From NCBI GenBank assembly GCA_951406725.2, contig OX597820.1:124868001-124932000 (forward strand): DNA of 64,000 nucleotides, written 5' to 3'. The stretch comes from Octopus vulgaris. Its lineage: Eukaryota. A program made the position numbers and the translations under genes. Shown here piece after piece: positions 12,481 through 27,555 of this stretch; the stretch's first letter is position 1; the number at the start of each line of letters is the position of its first letter. The notes beneath the pieces were generated by a model. It was not told the DNA's origin and did not search any database. It saw only the letters and a program-made list of their open reading frames with translations.

Positions 12481-12690
12481 GTTAATCCAAACAAGAAAAC
12501 ACAAAAGAACAAAACCACAAAGCAACGCGAAGACGTGGAACAAATAAAGTATTATTGGACGCTCAGAAAAGAAGGAAGAAGGAGGGTTTAACGTTTCGAG
12601 CGGAGCTGTTCCTCGGAGACATAGGAGAGGGAAAGATCCCGAGAAGGGAAGACAGAGGAAAAAAATCGCCAGTTGAACTCATGAGGTCAC
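12476..12690 (-). mobile_element. Penelope-like terminal (pLTR) remnant
   Basis: Abuts (TA)n; minus strand has hammerhead-like CCGAGGA-ACAGC-TCC-GCTC-GAAAC-GTTA; shares AAAGTATT...GACGCTCAGAAA with the 36860 terminus that is linked to a GIY-YIG fragment. Confidence 0.55.
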
Positions 12691-13064
12691 TGAGAATGTC
12701 TGTTTGTCTGAGTGTGTGTGTGTGTGTGTGTGTGTGTGCATCGATATACTTCAGAATAATCCACCGGTTTCATTCAAATTTTATACATGCCTTACTTAGG
12801 GTCAATGGTTTGTCATCGGTCAAAAACGTCTTCAGCTTCTTGCCCAATGCTAGCTCGGAGCAATCGCATATCTCTTACAGTATTCCAGTATTATGTGTCA
12901 AATATGAAATAAAAAATATATATTGCAATTCGACAGAAAACTTTAAGTTATAATAGTTTCACTATTCATAATTTCACTCTGTATATAATATATACGTACT
13001 GAAACCATTAAAAGTGAAACGTTATAGAAATACTACCAGAGAAATATATGTCTAAATACATCTC

Positions 13065-14320
<1,256 letters not shown>

Positions 14321-15739
14321 AACTTAACTTAACTTAGAATAACTTAGAAAGGTTTTGGCCAGTATTGGCCCAGGCCATGTCTAACTTAATAGCACCACCT
14401 GGCGAATTCTTTCAGTTCAGGATTTGGGCACCAAGGCCCATTCGAGCAGAGAGTTATTGTTTGCGGAGACATATCCGGGTGTGGGTGGTTTGTCCGGTAC
14501 TGTTTGAAGGAATTTGTCCAAAGACTTCTTGAATTTTGTGTGGTCAGTTTCTTTTTTGACGTATCCTGGTGTAATGTTGAAGAGAGCGGGTCCAACTGAG
14601 GTGAAATAGTTGTGCCGTATTGTCGTTATGTGATGCGATTTAGATTTTCGTTGTGGACGGATGTCACGTGGTCCAAGCCTTGGATGTATTTTGAAGGTGA
14701 TGCCAACATCATTCGGACAGTGCTGATGGAATATTTTCCACATCATACAGATAATGTAGCGTTCACGGCGTCGTTGGAGTGAATACAATTTCAGCTTCTC
14801 TAGTCTACCCCAGTAGTCAAGGTCTGACATGCCATCTATCCTTTTTGTGATTGACCTTTGGGGAGCTTCAATTCTCATAATATTTTGTTTTGTGTAGGGA
14901 GACCACAGTGGACAGCTGTATTCAAGGTGGGGTCGGGCAAAAGTGGAGAAGAGAAGAATAATAGCGTGGGAATCTCTCGACTGGAAGGTTCTGAGAATCC
15001 AGGAACACATTCTGCGGGCCATGTCAACTTTGCTGCTTATATGTGTAGCCCAGCTTATGTTGTTGTCCACTGTTACTCCCAAGTCTCTGATGTTGTTGGA
15101 TGCCATGAGAATTTCTCCAGAAGGAAGAGAGTATGGGAGTTTCAGAGCGTCCTCCCTTCCAAAGTGGATCAGTTCGAATTTGTCTTCATTTAGCAACATG
15201 TTATTCTTTTCCGCCCATTGGACAACAGCCAGTAGGTCTGACTGAAAGTTTATTCGGTCATCCACGCCATTGATGACCTTCTGGATCTTGGAATCATCAG
15301 CGAAGGTTCTGATGTTACTGTGTTTGGTGGTGTCAGTAATATCATTTATGTAGATGATGAAGAGAAGTGGGCCCAACACAGTGCCTTGTGGGACACCACT
15401 GCTGACTTCGGCTGGGCTGGATTTGACTCCTTCGACTACAACATGTTGGGTTCTGTTAGACAGGAAGCACTTGATCCACTGCAGCAGCTTTCCAGTGACA
15501 CCAATATTGGATAGCTTTCTCAGAAGGATCTTATGATCAACCCTGTCAAAGGCTTTGCTGAAATCAAGGTAGATGACATCAGTGTTGGAACCTTCTCCCA
15601 AGGCTCTCAAAATGTCATCAAAATGATGCAGTAGCTGCGTCAGACAATCTCTCCCATTACGGAATCCATGCTGGTTGGGGTTCAGCATATTATGACTCTC
15701 GAGGAAGTGAGTCATACGCGATCTCAGCACCCTCTCAAA
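14321..15739 (-). mobile_element. CR1-group LINE, 5'-truncated, RT domain to 3' end (copy 1)
   Basis: Open frame 15739-14417 with [47 protein letters not shown] and PDKP..PGY; 3' UTR then (TAAGT)n tail running into (TA)n. Confidence 0.93.
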
Positions 15740-15767
15740 TATGTATATATGTATGTGTATATATATG

Positions 15768-15818
<51 letters not shown>

Positions 15819-15825
15819 TTATATG

Positions 15826-15881
<56 letters not shown>

Positions 15882-15958
15882 TATACATATATACACATAT
15901 ATATATATATATATATACATATGCACATATATATATATACATATATATACATATATAC

Positions 15959-15992
<34 letters not shown>
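15740..15992. repeat. (TA)n microsatellite between the two inverted LINE copies
   Basis: Direct reading. Confidence 0.95.
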
Positions 15993-17006
15993 TATGACAT
16001 TAATGACATCATCAAGCACAGCAACATAAAAATCTTTGCAGATGGTTCCAAGCTACAGAAGGTCATAAATGAGGCGAGTGACCGGATATGCCTTCAGTCA
16101 GATCTACTGGCTGTTATCCAATGGGCAGAAAAAAACAATATGCTGCTGAACAAGGATAAATTTGAGTTAATCCACTTTGGAAAAGAGGATGCCCTGAAAC
16201 TCCCATACTCCCTTCCTTCAGGTGAAACTCTCGTGGCATCCAACAACATCAGAGACTTGGGAGTAATTGTGGACTACAACATAAGCTGGGCCACTCATAT
16301 AAACACCAAAGTTGACATGGCCCGCAGAATGTGTTCCTGGATTCTCAGAACTTTTCAGTCGAGAGATATCCACACCATTATCCTACTCTTCTCCACTTTT
16401 GCCCGACCCCACCTTGAATACTGCTGTCCATTGTGGTCTCCCCACACAAAACAAAGTATCATAAAAGTTGAAGCACCTCAAAGGGCAATCACAAAAAAAG
16501 ATAGATGGCATGACAGGCCTCGACTATTGGGGTCGAGTAGAAAAGCTAAAACTTTATTCTCTCCAACGTCGTCGTGAGCGCTACATCATCTGCATGATGT
16601 GGAAAATATTCCATCAGCATTGCCCAAATGATGTTGGCATCACCTTTAAGGTACATCCAAGGCTTGGGCCCCGTGCCATCCGCCTAAAACAAAAATCGCA
16701 CTCTCATCTCATAACAACAATACGGCACAATTATTTCACCTCAATTGGCCCCGCTCTCTTTAACATTACACCAAAACACATTAAAACAGAAACTGACCCT
16801 ATAGGGTTCAAGAAGTCTTTGGACAGATTCCTTCAAGAAATCCCGGATAAACCCCCTACACCCGGATATGTCTCTGTAAACAATAACTCTGTACTTGAGT
16901 GGGCCATAGTGCCCAAATTCTGACTTGAAAGACTTCACCAGGTGGTGCTATTAAGTTAGACATGGCCTGGGTCAATAATGGCCGAAACCTATCAAAGTAT
17001 CAAAGT
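15993..17006 (+). mobile_element. CR1-group LINE, 5'-truncated (copy 2, related subfamily)
   Basis: Track ORFs 15741-16577 and 16468-16923 join through an A-run frameshift near 16495; FADG replaces FADD; 3' end GGCCGAAACCTATCAAAGTATCAAAG followed by (TA)n. Confidence 0.92.
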
Positions 17007-17017
17007 ATATATATATG

Positions 17018-17050
<33 letters not shown>

Positions 17051-17081
17051 GTATATATATATATATGTGTATATATATGTG

Positions 17082-17117
<36 letters not shown>

Positions 17118-17137
17118 TGTATGTATATATATGTATA

Positions 17138-17190
<53 letters not shown>

Positions 17191-17199
17191 ATATTTGTT

Positions 17200-17375
17200 T
17201 GTATGTGCGTCTGTGTTTGTAGGACCGCCCTCTCTTGAGAACCGATGTTTGACAAAGCAAACCGACAGAATAACTACTAGTCTTACAAAGAATAAACCCT
17301 AGGGTCGATTTCAGCGCCTGAAGGTGGCGGTCCGTTATAGCCACAGTCACGTGACCGAAATATGTAAAACGATAT
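17200..17375 (+). mobile_element. degenerate 3' half of SINE family A
   Basis: ACCGACAGAATAACTACTAGTCTTACAAAGAATAAACCCTAGGGTCGATTT aligns with the family A body. Confidence 0.65.
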
Positions 17376-18933
17376 AAAAATACTATGGCATTTTTAATCT
17401 CGACTAACGCTAGGTATCTCTGCCTGTGTATATACAGAGAATTTATTATTGTTTATATATATATATATACACACATATATATGTATATATGTGTATGTAT
17501 GTATGTATGTATGTATGTACGTGTGTGTGTTAATCTTTGTATGTCATTCTGTCACACTGTGTGTACGTGCGTATGTGTGTGTGCATATGTGTGCGTTGTG
17601 TGTGGGTCTCTCTCTCTCTCACTTCCTCTGTGTTTATGTCTCTCATTCTCTCCATATATATATATACACACACATACACTTGTCATTCTGTTACTTTTTC
17701 TTTGGCTACCACGAACTGTGGACAAGTGTTTTGCTCCTGATTTTCCCCATATGTGGCTGGTATAATTCAGTCGAAAACACACAATTATTTCAATCCATCT
17801 ATCAATTTACGTATTACTGATCTGTTACCGCTTACAGTCTGTCTTAGAGTTATTATTAGCATTGTTACGAAAGGACTTCTTCACGAGTTTCTCCCGTTCT
17901 CGCATATGAGATTTATGTTTCTTTTGAAGTGATGTTGTAACAACTGTGTACCATGTAATCTGTGCTGTTCTATATATTTTTCAATCATTTGTCTTTAGGC
18001 CACTCAATACTTACTGTCTACAGCAGATTGAAGACAAAACAAGTATAGTTATAAACAACTTGTGTGGTAGAATCAACCTCTTCGTTTACTCTGTTCAACT
18101 CAGGTCCACAAAGGCGTAATGATCCTATTTAAGGGATGGTGTTGTTACATTTCACGCAAGCAAAAGAAGTGACGTTCGACTAATTAATATTCATTGCTAA
18201 CGATATTCTTTCTCCTTTTTCCTTTTCTTTTCAATCAATATAATAATTTTCTTTGAAAGTACCTGGTCTCCTACATCTGTCACTGAGGAATCTGTGACAC
18301 ACTCGGCATTTCCATTTCTCATCACTTTCAATATATTCAATACCCACTGCTCTGTACTAACTATTATGCCCAATCCTTATCGCTCAGCCCTCTTGTATCT
18401 TCCATTTGCTTCTGTATTTTCCTGCACTATGTTCCTGAACTACTGAAGTTTAAACAGAATATTAATAGCCAAAATTGCGTAGATGTAGTATGGTAGTAGA
18501 AGATCCCGGGCGATGCACTTTCTATTTTACGCAATAAATAAATGTATTCTTTTTATGATTAGTAGCTTAGTAGAAATAAGACTGAAATTTATACCGATAT
18601 AGGTATAAAATTGCCATAGAGAAATGATACGGAGTACTTAAAAATTATATTTCCCTCTTCTAATTTTACAATAATGGAATATTTTGTAGCATATTTCCGA
18701 AGGAACAGACATTAAATCTGTGGAGATGTATTTAAATCGTCGTTAGGATTTTAAAAGACCAACATAAAATGGTTTATTGTTTGCTCATGTGCCGGCTACA
18801 CTCTGTTTATTTTCCTTGTAATTGCAGCTTCATAATTATATTCAACCGAGTATTGATCCTCAGCGGTCAAATCATGTCCCCTACTTCTCTCGTCAGTTCA
18901 AAGCTTTTAAGCTATAATGAGATTTTAATGCTC

Positions 18934-18970
<37 letters not shown>

Positions 18971-19151
18971 TTCCTATCACTATGTCTCTCTCTCTCTTTC
19001 CCTCTCTCTATTTACCGTTTTTCTTAATGTTGATTTTTTTTAATCAATAGTATCTTCGCTGATATTGAACACTTATAATTCTTTCTCGTAATACTTTTGA
19101 CAACCTAGTTTATGTTTTATTATTCTGCTTTTGTTTTGTTATTTTTGCAAT

Positions 19152-19154
<3 letters not shown>

Positions 19155-19222
<68 letters not shown>

Positions 19223-19350
19223 GTATATATGTGTATATATATATATGTATATATATATGTGTGTGTGTGTGTGTATATATGTGTGTGTATGTATATATAT
19301 ATATATATATGTGTGTGTATATATACGTATATATGTATGTTTATATATAC

Positions 19351-19384
<34 letters not shown>

Positions 19385-19417
19385 TAATATGTATATGTAC
19401 ACACACACTTGTATATG

Positions 19418-19464
<47 letters not shown>

Positions 19465-19470
19465 ACATAT
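19155..19470. repeat. compound (CT)n(TA)n(TG)n microsatellite
   Basis: Direct reading. Confidence 0.9.
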
Positions 19471-20259
19471 ATATTTATTCATTTTCAGACAAGCAGAGAG
19501 TAAAATATATTTTTCATATAATATAAGCTTTTTTATCATCTCAGTATTTTCGAAGGCAGCGGATGATTTGATTTTAATAAATTGTATATGGTTTTATATA
19601 TTTTCTCTATTTGCATATAGTAGAAATTTCCCACCGGTAACAACATTGCATACTCTAATTCTTAATGCAATATTAAACTGGGTTGATTAACGGCCAAATA
19701 ATTTTACATTAGATATAATTTTCCAGAATATGTTTTATATTTGGTATGACTAATGTACTTATAGCATTTATTTTCGTGTAGCAATAAATTCTGTATTTAG
19801 TAATTGTATAACACCTGGAAATAATGTTATCGTCAGGAGGATTTGAATTCAAATTACTAAGGGCTGGAACTAAGAACCATAAGGTATTTTCTCTGTGATA
19901 CCCCTAAATTATATGTTTTGTTTCGTGCTCGACCAAATCTGCTTTTCCTCATACTAGCAATAAAATTTAAACTACATCTAGCAGTAAAAACTTGGTCTGA
20001 GATTTCCAGGATTTTGAAGAAAAATGAACCGACCCTTTCTCTACTATTGTTCTGAGGTCTGATTTGACCCGGAGTACTTGCAGCATTGACGGTTCTAGGT
20101 ACATTCTAATAGGCATGATTCGTGACTTCCTTGTGAGTTAAAAGTGACAGAAAATCAAGTAGTAGGTTCCCTCGAGCTGTCACTTGCTCTCTCTGACACA
20201 CGCCGGCAACTCAAGCGTAGATGGACCTCTCTGAAATTCTAATGCAGTTTGCCTAAGTT

Positions 20260-20340
20260 AATACAACTCCAGTGTAAAACCTAGAACTTCCTGGTCACTG
20301 CAGATACGTATCTCTCTTGGCCTACTGAGCCAATGCCGTC
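20260..20340 (-). mobile_element. tRNA-like SINE head remnant
   Basis: Minus strand GGCATTGGCTCAGTAGG (A-box-like) with a degenerate B box; no intact cloverleaf. Confidence 0.35.
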
Positions 20341-21392
20341 AGACTTCAATGAATATATAATACATGAATTTGCGTGGACTGTAATTTTAAAACTACTAAG
20401 TACTGTCAAGAAAAAAAAGCTTTACAAGGCCAAGGATCGGTTTATATGGGCATTTGAGGCCGGGCCCATCTTCATGGTTTTCGGCCACGCAACGAAAATG
20501 TCACAATGACGAAGACAACGAAGATGATGACCACGACGACCACCACCACCACCACCATCATTAATAATTAAGGAGTGAACATGCTTAATTTATTTTTGTT
20601 TTTGCATAGATGTTATTTTGCATATGTTTTATCGTATTCTTGTGTTCTTTAATAATTGTCCCTCTTATTCATTTATTTCACTGGCTAACTGTTTTAATGC
20701 TAAACTTTTGTAGAAATTAATTTTCTTATTGAGTTTTCTTCAAAACTATGATCATACATGTTTCTACACTTTTCCATCTGAGCTGTATTTTTTGCGTTCT
20801 ACAGCTCAGCTTTATATTCGTACAGCTTTTAACAATCCGTTTGCAGAATACAAACCACAATCTTTCTATAATCCCCACACATATAGCTTTACGATCATAA
20901 GAGATACAAAAAAAACAATACGCAAAGACACTTCGAAGATTAATCTTCTTTCTGGATTTGTACAGATATTACATTTTTGTATTTCTATATAGAAAAATGT
21001 TTTCACTTATGATACGTTTATTTATTAAAATATTATCAATCAGTTCATATCTAAAAAGGCGACCTTCGACGTATCCTATGCAGGAAAGTTTTCAAACAAA
21101 TATTTATATTCTATTATTCTCAATTTTATGTACGTAAATGTCCACTCTTGGAAAATGAATTATTTCCCGTTGTCTCGAAACATTATACACATTTATGTTG
21201 TCAACAATATATAAAAATGCACACGCACATATATAATGTATGCATGCATAATACTCATAAGTATAAACACAAATATAGACTTTTTTTATAGTTTCAATAG
21301 CAGTGTAATTTATTACGGTAATATTTTGTCTCCTTTTTATTTTACCATCTATATAGTAACTACCACCAATTTTCTATTTATCAATATCACTG

Positions 21393-21566
21393 ATTTCAAA
21401 TTTTAGCAGAAGGTTACAATTTCGGGTGAGTGTGTAAGTCGATCTCTTAATTAGACTCCAGTACTGAAGCGGCAACTATTTTATCGACCCCGAAATGGGT
21501 CAGTGAAAACGGGCGAAATGCTTAAAGGCATTTCGACCGTCGTGTTAAATAAGGCTCGCCGCCTTA
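21393..21566 (-). mobile_element. tRNA-derived SINE (family B), internally deleted
   Basis: Minus strand GGCGGCGAGCC...GAAATGCCTTTAAGCATTTCG...TTTCGGGGTCGATAAAATAG, homologous to 59560-59765. Confidence 0.6.
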
Positions 21567-24344
21567 TTTATCATTAATACTATTTATCATTCAAATTAAT
21601 TATACTTTCGAATTATATGTAGCATACAAACAGCAACCCTGTACTTTTCTGTTTGGTTTATCCGTCAATTTCATCTTTGTCAGATGGAAAAAAATTACAC
21701 GTTAGACTTTTCTGTTTTTTGGTGCTTTTTGTAATGTCGAATATGAGAAAATTCGATGCAAATGGTTTGACGTATTTTGGGGATTGTTTCAATTCACGAT
21801 GATCTCTTTCACTAAAATATATGAATAAATAAATATAAAGGAAACTTTGTGGCTATAGCAGCCATACAGGAATATATTGTGTAAATGTACAATATTATAA
21901 GACACCATTATTGATAGTATTAGAATGTAAGTTACAATTATTTTGCCTATGTTATATATACACAATGAATATGTATGATATTGGTACATATAATTCTAGT
22001 AGGAACTGTCATTCCTCGCTGAAAAGGAGGGGGGTGATTTTAGGGAAATTTATAAGCTATTTCTCTTAGATCGAGTGACCACTGTGAATGGCATAGGCGA
22101 CCTTCAGATTTATTAAGCATGCAGCACTCAATATCCTGCAGGATATAATAATTACAGGCAATCCAGTTTAGTCGCAGAAATTTAATCGTCTTTAACAGCA
22201 GCAAACTGCTACGACGCACAAAGTTGGCTCAGATAATATTTCTATTCGTTAGGGAAGTATTAGTAAAATTAGCAAATTAATTACATTCAAATCCGATTAA
22301 TAATAGCATGATAGGAAATGCAAAATTTCGGAATTTGATTTTGCAAATAAAATTAGTTATGATTTACAAATAAAGTCATACCATGTATTTTTATTGAGCT
22401 GTAGTGATTCAATCTAAAGTGTATAATATGCATTTGCATTTTGTTAATCAAATAACATTTATAGCACAGGAAAGGGACATGAAAACCTTGAATCTTGCTT
22501 CAAGCTAGCCATGCAGTAGTTCAGGGCGTGCTGAATCATTGATAGAAACAGCAACATAAAATAAAGTTGTTAGGAACATAAGATCAAACGGAATGCGATA
22601 TTTGACCGATGAGTGAGGCTTAGTACAGTAGTTCGTCCTGCAGGAAATTGACACACCGCTCCCAACTATAATACCATATCATAAATTTACGCACTATTGC
22701 CGTTCCTTCTCCTCTACATATTATACACACATATGTAGCTGAATAAATGCGATTAAAACAATACATGCTAGTAGCCATGAACTGAATGACTTGTATCGAA
22801 CATCTGACCATTTAAAAACATCTGGGACTAAACACTAACAACAAGGATATGCTCTATATGGACATTAGTGTTTAGATGTCTATTTTATTCTCAGTGTAGC
22901 TTTTAAAATCGAGGTTAATTCTCTTTTCCCTCCATCAAAATAAATACTCTTTTTCTTATCCTACTATATATACACTCTTACATCATTTGTACAAACAATG
23001 TACATAAGACATAAATTTTGTTAATTGCAAACTATATGTCTAAACTAATGCATTCCGAATTTATCTCACTTTTTATTATATGATTGAAAAATAATGATAA
23101 ATCAGTGTTTTAATATTCCCGTAACATGCACACGTTTATTCCATGCAGAAAGCCAAAATTTGCTCTCCAGACACAAGGTCAATTTCTATTACGTCAATAG
23201 ATTCCATTGTTTTCTCACAACGAACAATTATTCGAACAATTGTAGACTTTGTAATCTTTATAATTCGTAGATATTTGGCGGACTGCGAGTCGTTTGTAAA
23301 TACGTGTTAAAGATGATATAGGCAGTTTAGTAGATTTCACTTAAGTCATAATAAAGCCATGTGTCTATAGCTTTAAACTGATAGAGAACCAATAATTGAG
23401 AAACGAAATCAATGATAGAACGGCAGATAAATATTTGTATAGGATTTTTCTTTACATTCGTCTACGCCACCACATCCACATATAGAAATATAACCATTGT
23501 CGCTCATCCAAACACACATACATGCACACACACACACACACACACATACGCAAACATACACACTCACACTCAGACATTCGTAAGCATATATGTATGTGCG
23601 TAGCTGCGTATGTATGTTACAAGATCATACTGGTTTTATAGTGCTTCTTCCACTAAAGCAGATGCATATTCGATTAACGTTTTGTGGAAATAAATCTTGA
23701 AGGTAAATCTTTTTGTGGAACTACATCTTGAGAGAAAAATCAGTTCGAGTTCATAGCATCATTACACATGGCAAAGAATTTAACAACAGCGGTGAGACGC
23801 GTCCAAAATTATGATGTCCCTTTTAAAGTTGTATACGGAAACATTAGCTCACGTTGTTAGAGGAAATCTACCTAAACTTTTGAGTTTGAAAGCAGGAGGT
23901 ACACAGAGGTACGTGATTGTTCCTGCCATGTGTAACTTCTTCCGTATGGGTGCGATCTCAACGTTATGTCGAAGATCGAGAACATATGTAGGAGTTAGAA
24001 GTTTCAATCAAACTCAAACCAAATCGGGACCTTATAGTAACAGTATGCTACTATAGCAACTGTATATTGCAGACTAAAATAGGTAATGAATGCTCAACGT
24101 TTGTAGTATCGATGTGTGTGAGTTTAGTTTTGCGTCAGACAGAATGAAAAAAAGAAAGTGAAAGCACAAAATATTTTATAGTGATAACCGTTTGTGCAAC
24201 AGAAGTAATATTCTTTAGTTAAATAAGCAGTACAAAACTAAAAGACGACTAGTGACAAAGAACGTAATATCTTTCTGTCAATAGCGTCCTCTTCATTGTC
24301 GAGTTTCATTCATATTTAATGGAAATAGGCATACATTCATGCGA

Positions 24345-24387
<43 letters not shown>

Positions 24388-26850
24388 CCATATCCATATA
24401 TTATATATACATAGTTATGTTGACATAATCGTTGACAATCCTAATTTTACTGTGGATACTATTTCTTTATCATACTGAATGTTCACAAAACACTCTTGAC
24501 ATGAAACAGGCTTGGTTTCGTTACAACATCAAGTACCGACGAACCAAATAAAGAATATGAACCTGTCTCACTGAGACTAACATGCAACCAACTGGTAACA
24601 TATATACATGTTATGATATATATAAATAGATGAGTGTATTTTTGCCTTGTTAACAATTAACACGGAAATAATAAATAAATAGTTACCAGGGTAGCAAACA
24701 ATCTCACAAGTAAAGAGATTGTAACTCCTTGTTTATAAAGGTAGAAATGTTGTGTTTACGTGGAATGTTTTGTATAATATAAGAATAAATAAATGGAGTT
24801 TAACGCAGGTATAAATCAAATAATTTTACTTCCGTCACATGTTTCGAAAATTCTACTGATATTATTCAAAAGAATAAATGTTAAGAAGAATGCAATCTTC
24901 TCTTCAGGAAGTGAAAAAAGCCTATGTGTGTTAGTGTGTGTGTGTGATTGTGTGTGTGTATGGCTGTCATTATTTCCAAAATTATACAGAAGCAGGTATT
25001 TCGTCTCGCCATCCCTCTCTGTACTTAAAAATTTAGTTGCAATGTGGAAGGCATCGAGTTGATTTCTTTTTCTTAAAACCGCAACTCCTTCAGTATATCA
25101 CAGTAAATAGCTTATTATTGGTAAAACTATGAATATATAAACAAGGTATAGATGCTAAAGATTTCGAAGTAGTTTGGCTATGATTATACTCTTTCCCTTC
25201 AAGTTTTTGAAGAGATATTCACATCAGCAGGATAACAGATCTCTACCCACGCTCTCATGTCTATGCATGTATTCAATGATAGGATGTTCCCTATATTTAT
25301 CTAAGGACGGCTATTTATCTCCGATGACATTGCATACTGTTTTAGAAACAACGTCGTGTCACATTGCGAGTTGGTATCTGAATGAAACGTTTAGGAAAGA
25401 TGTGAGAGAATCGACATTTTCATTTGTATTTTCGGGCAGCAATGGTTTCATTTTGTCTTTTCTCTCTATGTGTATAGATATGTATAATAAACAAACTCTA
25501 CAACAGAGTTGCTCTAGAGAGGTGACTGCAGGAGATGAAAAAATTAAAGAATTTCGTTTTTGTAGCCAAACATAAATGCAAATTTCTGTATAATTTTCAC
25601 TATAATCTGCAAGATATAAATATATTGCTGAATGACTAATTTACATAACAATTTTACAAGAATCCGTTTTATTCGCAATAGTATGTTTTATTATCTATGT
25701 AAAGTTTTATCAATAATTCTCATGAATTCTACGACATCAAAACACCACATTAACATATTTTTATGAAAACAGTTAAGTAAAGTTTGTATATCATATAAAT
25801 TTCATATCATATTTTATATATTTAATGACTGAAATCTGTATAAACAATCTCAACGGATAAACAAGAACATTAGCTTATATTGTATGAAAAGTATTCTATG
25901 CACATATATATTTATTGTGTCCAATCTCACATGAGATGTATATGAACATTGCAGAAGACTCATACCAAAACTGCTCGCAGAGATAAGACTGGAAACACAA
26001 GATTGTTGAGAATATATTTTAACCATGCATACACTCGTGTTTTCTAATTCCAGCCAAGAAATATAGAAATATATGTTTTTTTTAAATATCATACCTAACA
26101 GAAATGAAATATTTATAAATATTTATAAATATCAAATATTAATTGGAAAGTCAATACATATGATTATTTTGAAATAATTTAATATTAACGTTTCAGTTCT
26201 GCATGATATACAATAATAGGAAATGCAGCCATTACCTAACACATTTTTCAGTTAAAGGTTTTAGAATAATGACGTGGTTCTTAGGCAATAGATGTTGTTC
26301 GCATTTTATATATTACATATTAAGCAGACAGACAGTGCGTATTATATGATTTCAAAATATCACTGTTCGGTTTCACTTCATCATCAACGCTTATGCGATT
26401 CGATGACAGTACAAATTAATCGTTCTAAACCTCACTTATGCAGATACTCTAACAACGATTTGGTGTACAATATTGTATTTCAATCGTGTTGGAAATGTTT
26501 ATATCGTCCCGCTTCTTGGCGTAACACAAAATATATTCATAGGAATCTGGATAAACTGGGATTTTCAGAGAGTTCGATCGGTTAATTCATATATTGCAAA
26601 TGCAATCTTTAAGTGGAACGATGAAAATATGCAAGACTTTTTTTTTTTCAAGTTCCAAATGGGAATTTGTCTATGTTAACTACATCCCAAAGATGGAGCC
26701 TTGCATCTTTGTTGGAAACCAGCTCCCTCCTCAGCAGAAGATTTGTTATGATCAAAACATAAAGGAGATATACATACATACATGCATACATACGTACATA
26801 CATACATACATACATACATACATACATACATACACACAGATACATATAAA

Positions 26851-27005
26851 GGCGCACTCATGACCGTGTGGTAAGAGGTTTGCAGACCAAATACATGGAT
26901 CCAAGCCCATTCCTACTGCTGCGTGGCAGTCCTTTACTAGAAGCAGATTTACTAGATGTTTACTGAGAGGAACCCGTCGTGTCTAAGTGCCTGTGTGTGT
27001 GTGTA

Positions 27006-27047
<42 letters not shown>

Positions 27048-27252
27048 TGTCTGTCTGTCTGTGTTTGTCCCCAACCACTTCTTGACAATCTGTATTGATG
27101 TCTTTACGTTGTCCTGACTTAGCTGTGTGACAAATGTGTCGATGGAATACGTACCAAGCTTAAAATTTAAATACGTACTGGTGTCAAATCGTTGGATTAA
27201 AATTCCCCCAAGTGCTGCCCCAGCATGACCGCTATTCTACCAAGTAAAAGGT
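26851..27252 (+). mobile_element. diverged SINE family A
   Basis: GGCGCA..TGACCGTGTGGTAAGAGG head, internal (TG)n, GTGCTGCCCCAGCATGACCGC...CAAGTAAAAG end. Confidence 0.75.
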
Positions 27253-27323
27253 AATAAATGACAAGTACGTGTCTGTGACGTGTGTTTGTATGAATGTGTA
27301 TGTGTTTATGTGTGTTTATGAGG

Positions 27324-27357
<34 letters not shown>

Positions 27358-27436
27358 AGGGTAACTAATTTCTTCGATGGTTTTTCAGACAACCAACAAT
27401 TATTTACCGGTAGATTTCGGTATGTAAATATGACTA

Positions 27437-27506
27437 TTAGCGGCGGGAACTTCTGTGAAGTTCAGTATATATTGTATATAAGTAGAAGGGCAGAAGTTCC
27501 CGCCGC

Positions 27507-27509
<3 letters not shown>
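27437..27509. repeat. perfect 19-bp inverted repeat with 35-bp spacer
   Basis: TTAGCGGCGGGAACTTCTG (27437-27455) and CAGAAGTTCCCGCCGCTAA (27491-27509). Confidence 0.9.

Positions 27510-27555
<46 letters not shown>

Noticed and set aside
14321-17006. Twin-priming inversion of a single LINE
   Set aside because: Both pieces have their own 3' end, overlap in content and differ in sequence and tail.
18490-18700. Possible minus-strand Helitron 3' end (TAGTAGAAGATCCCGGGCG)
   Set aside because: Hairpin and CTRR terminus too degenerate to support.
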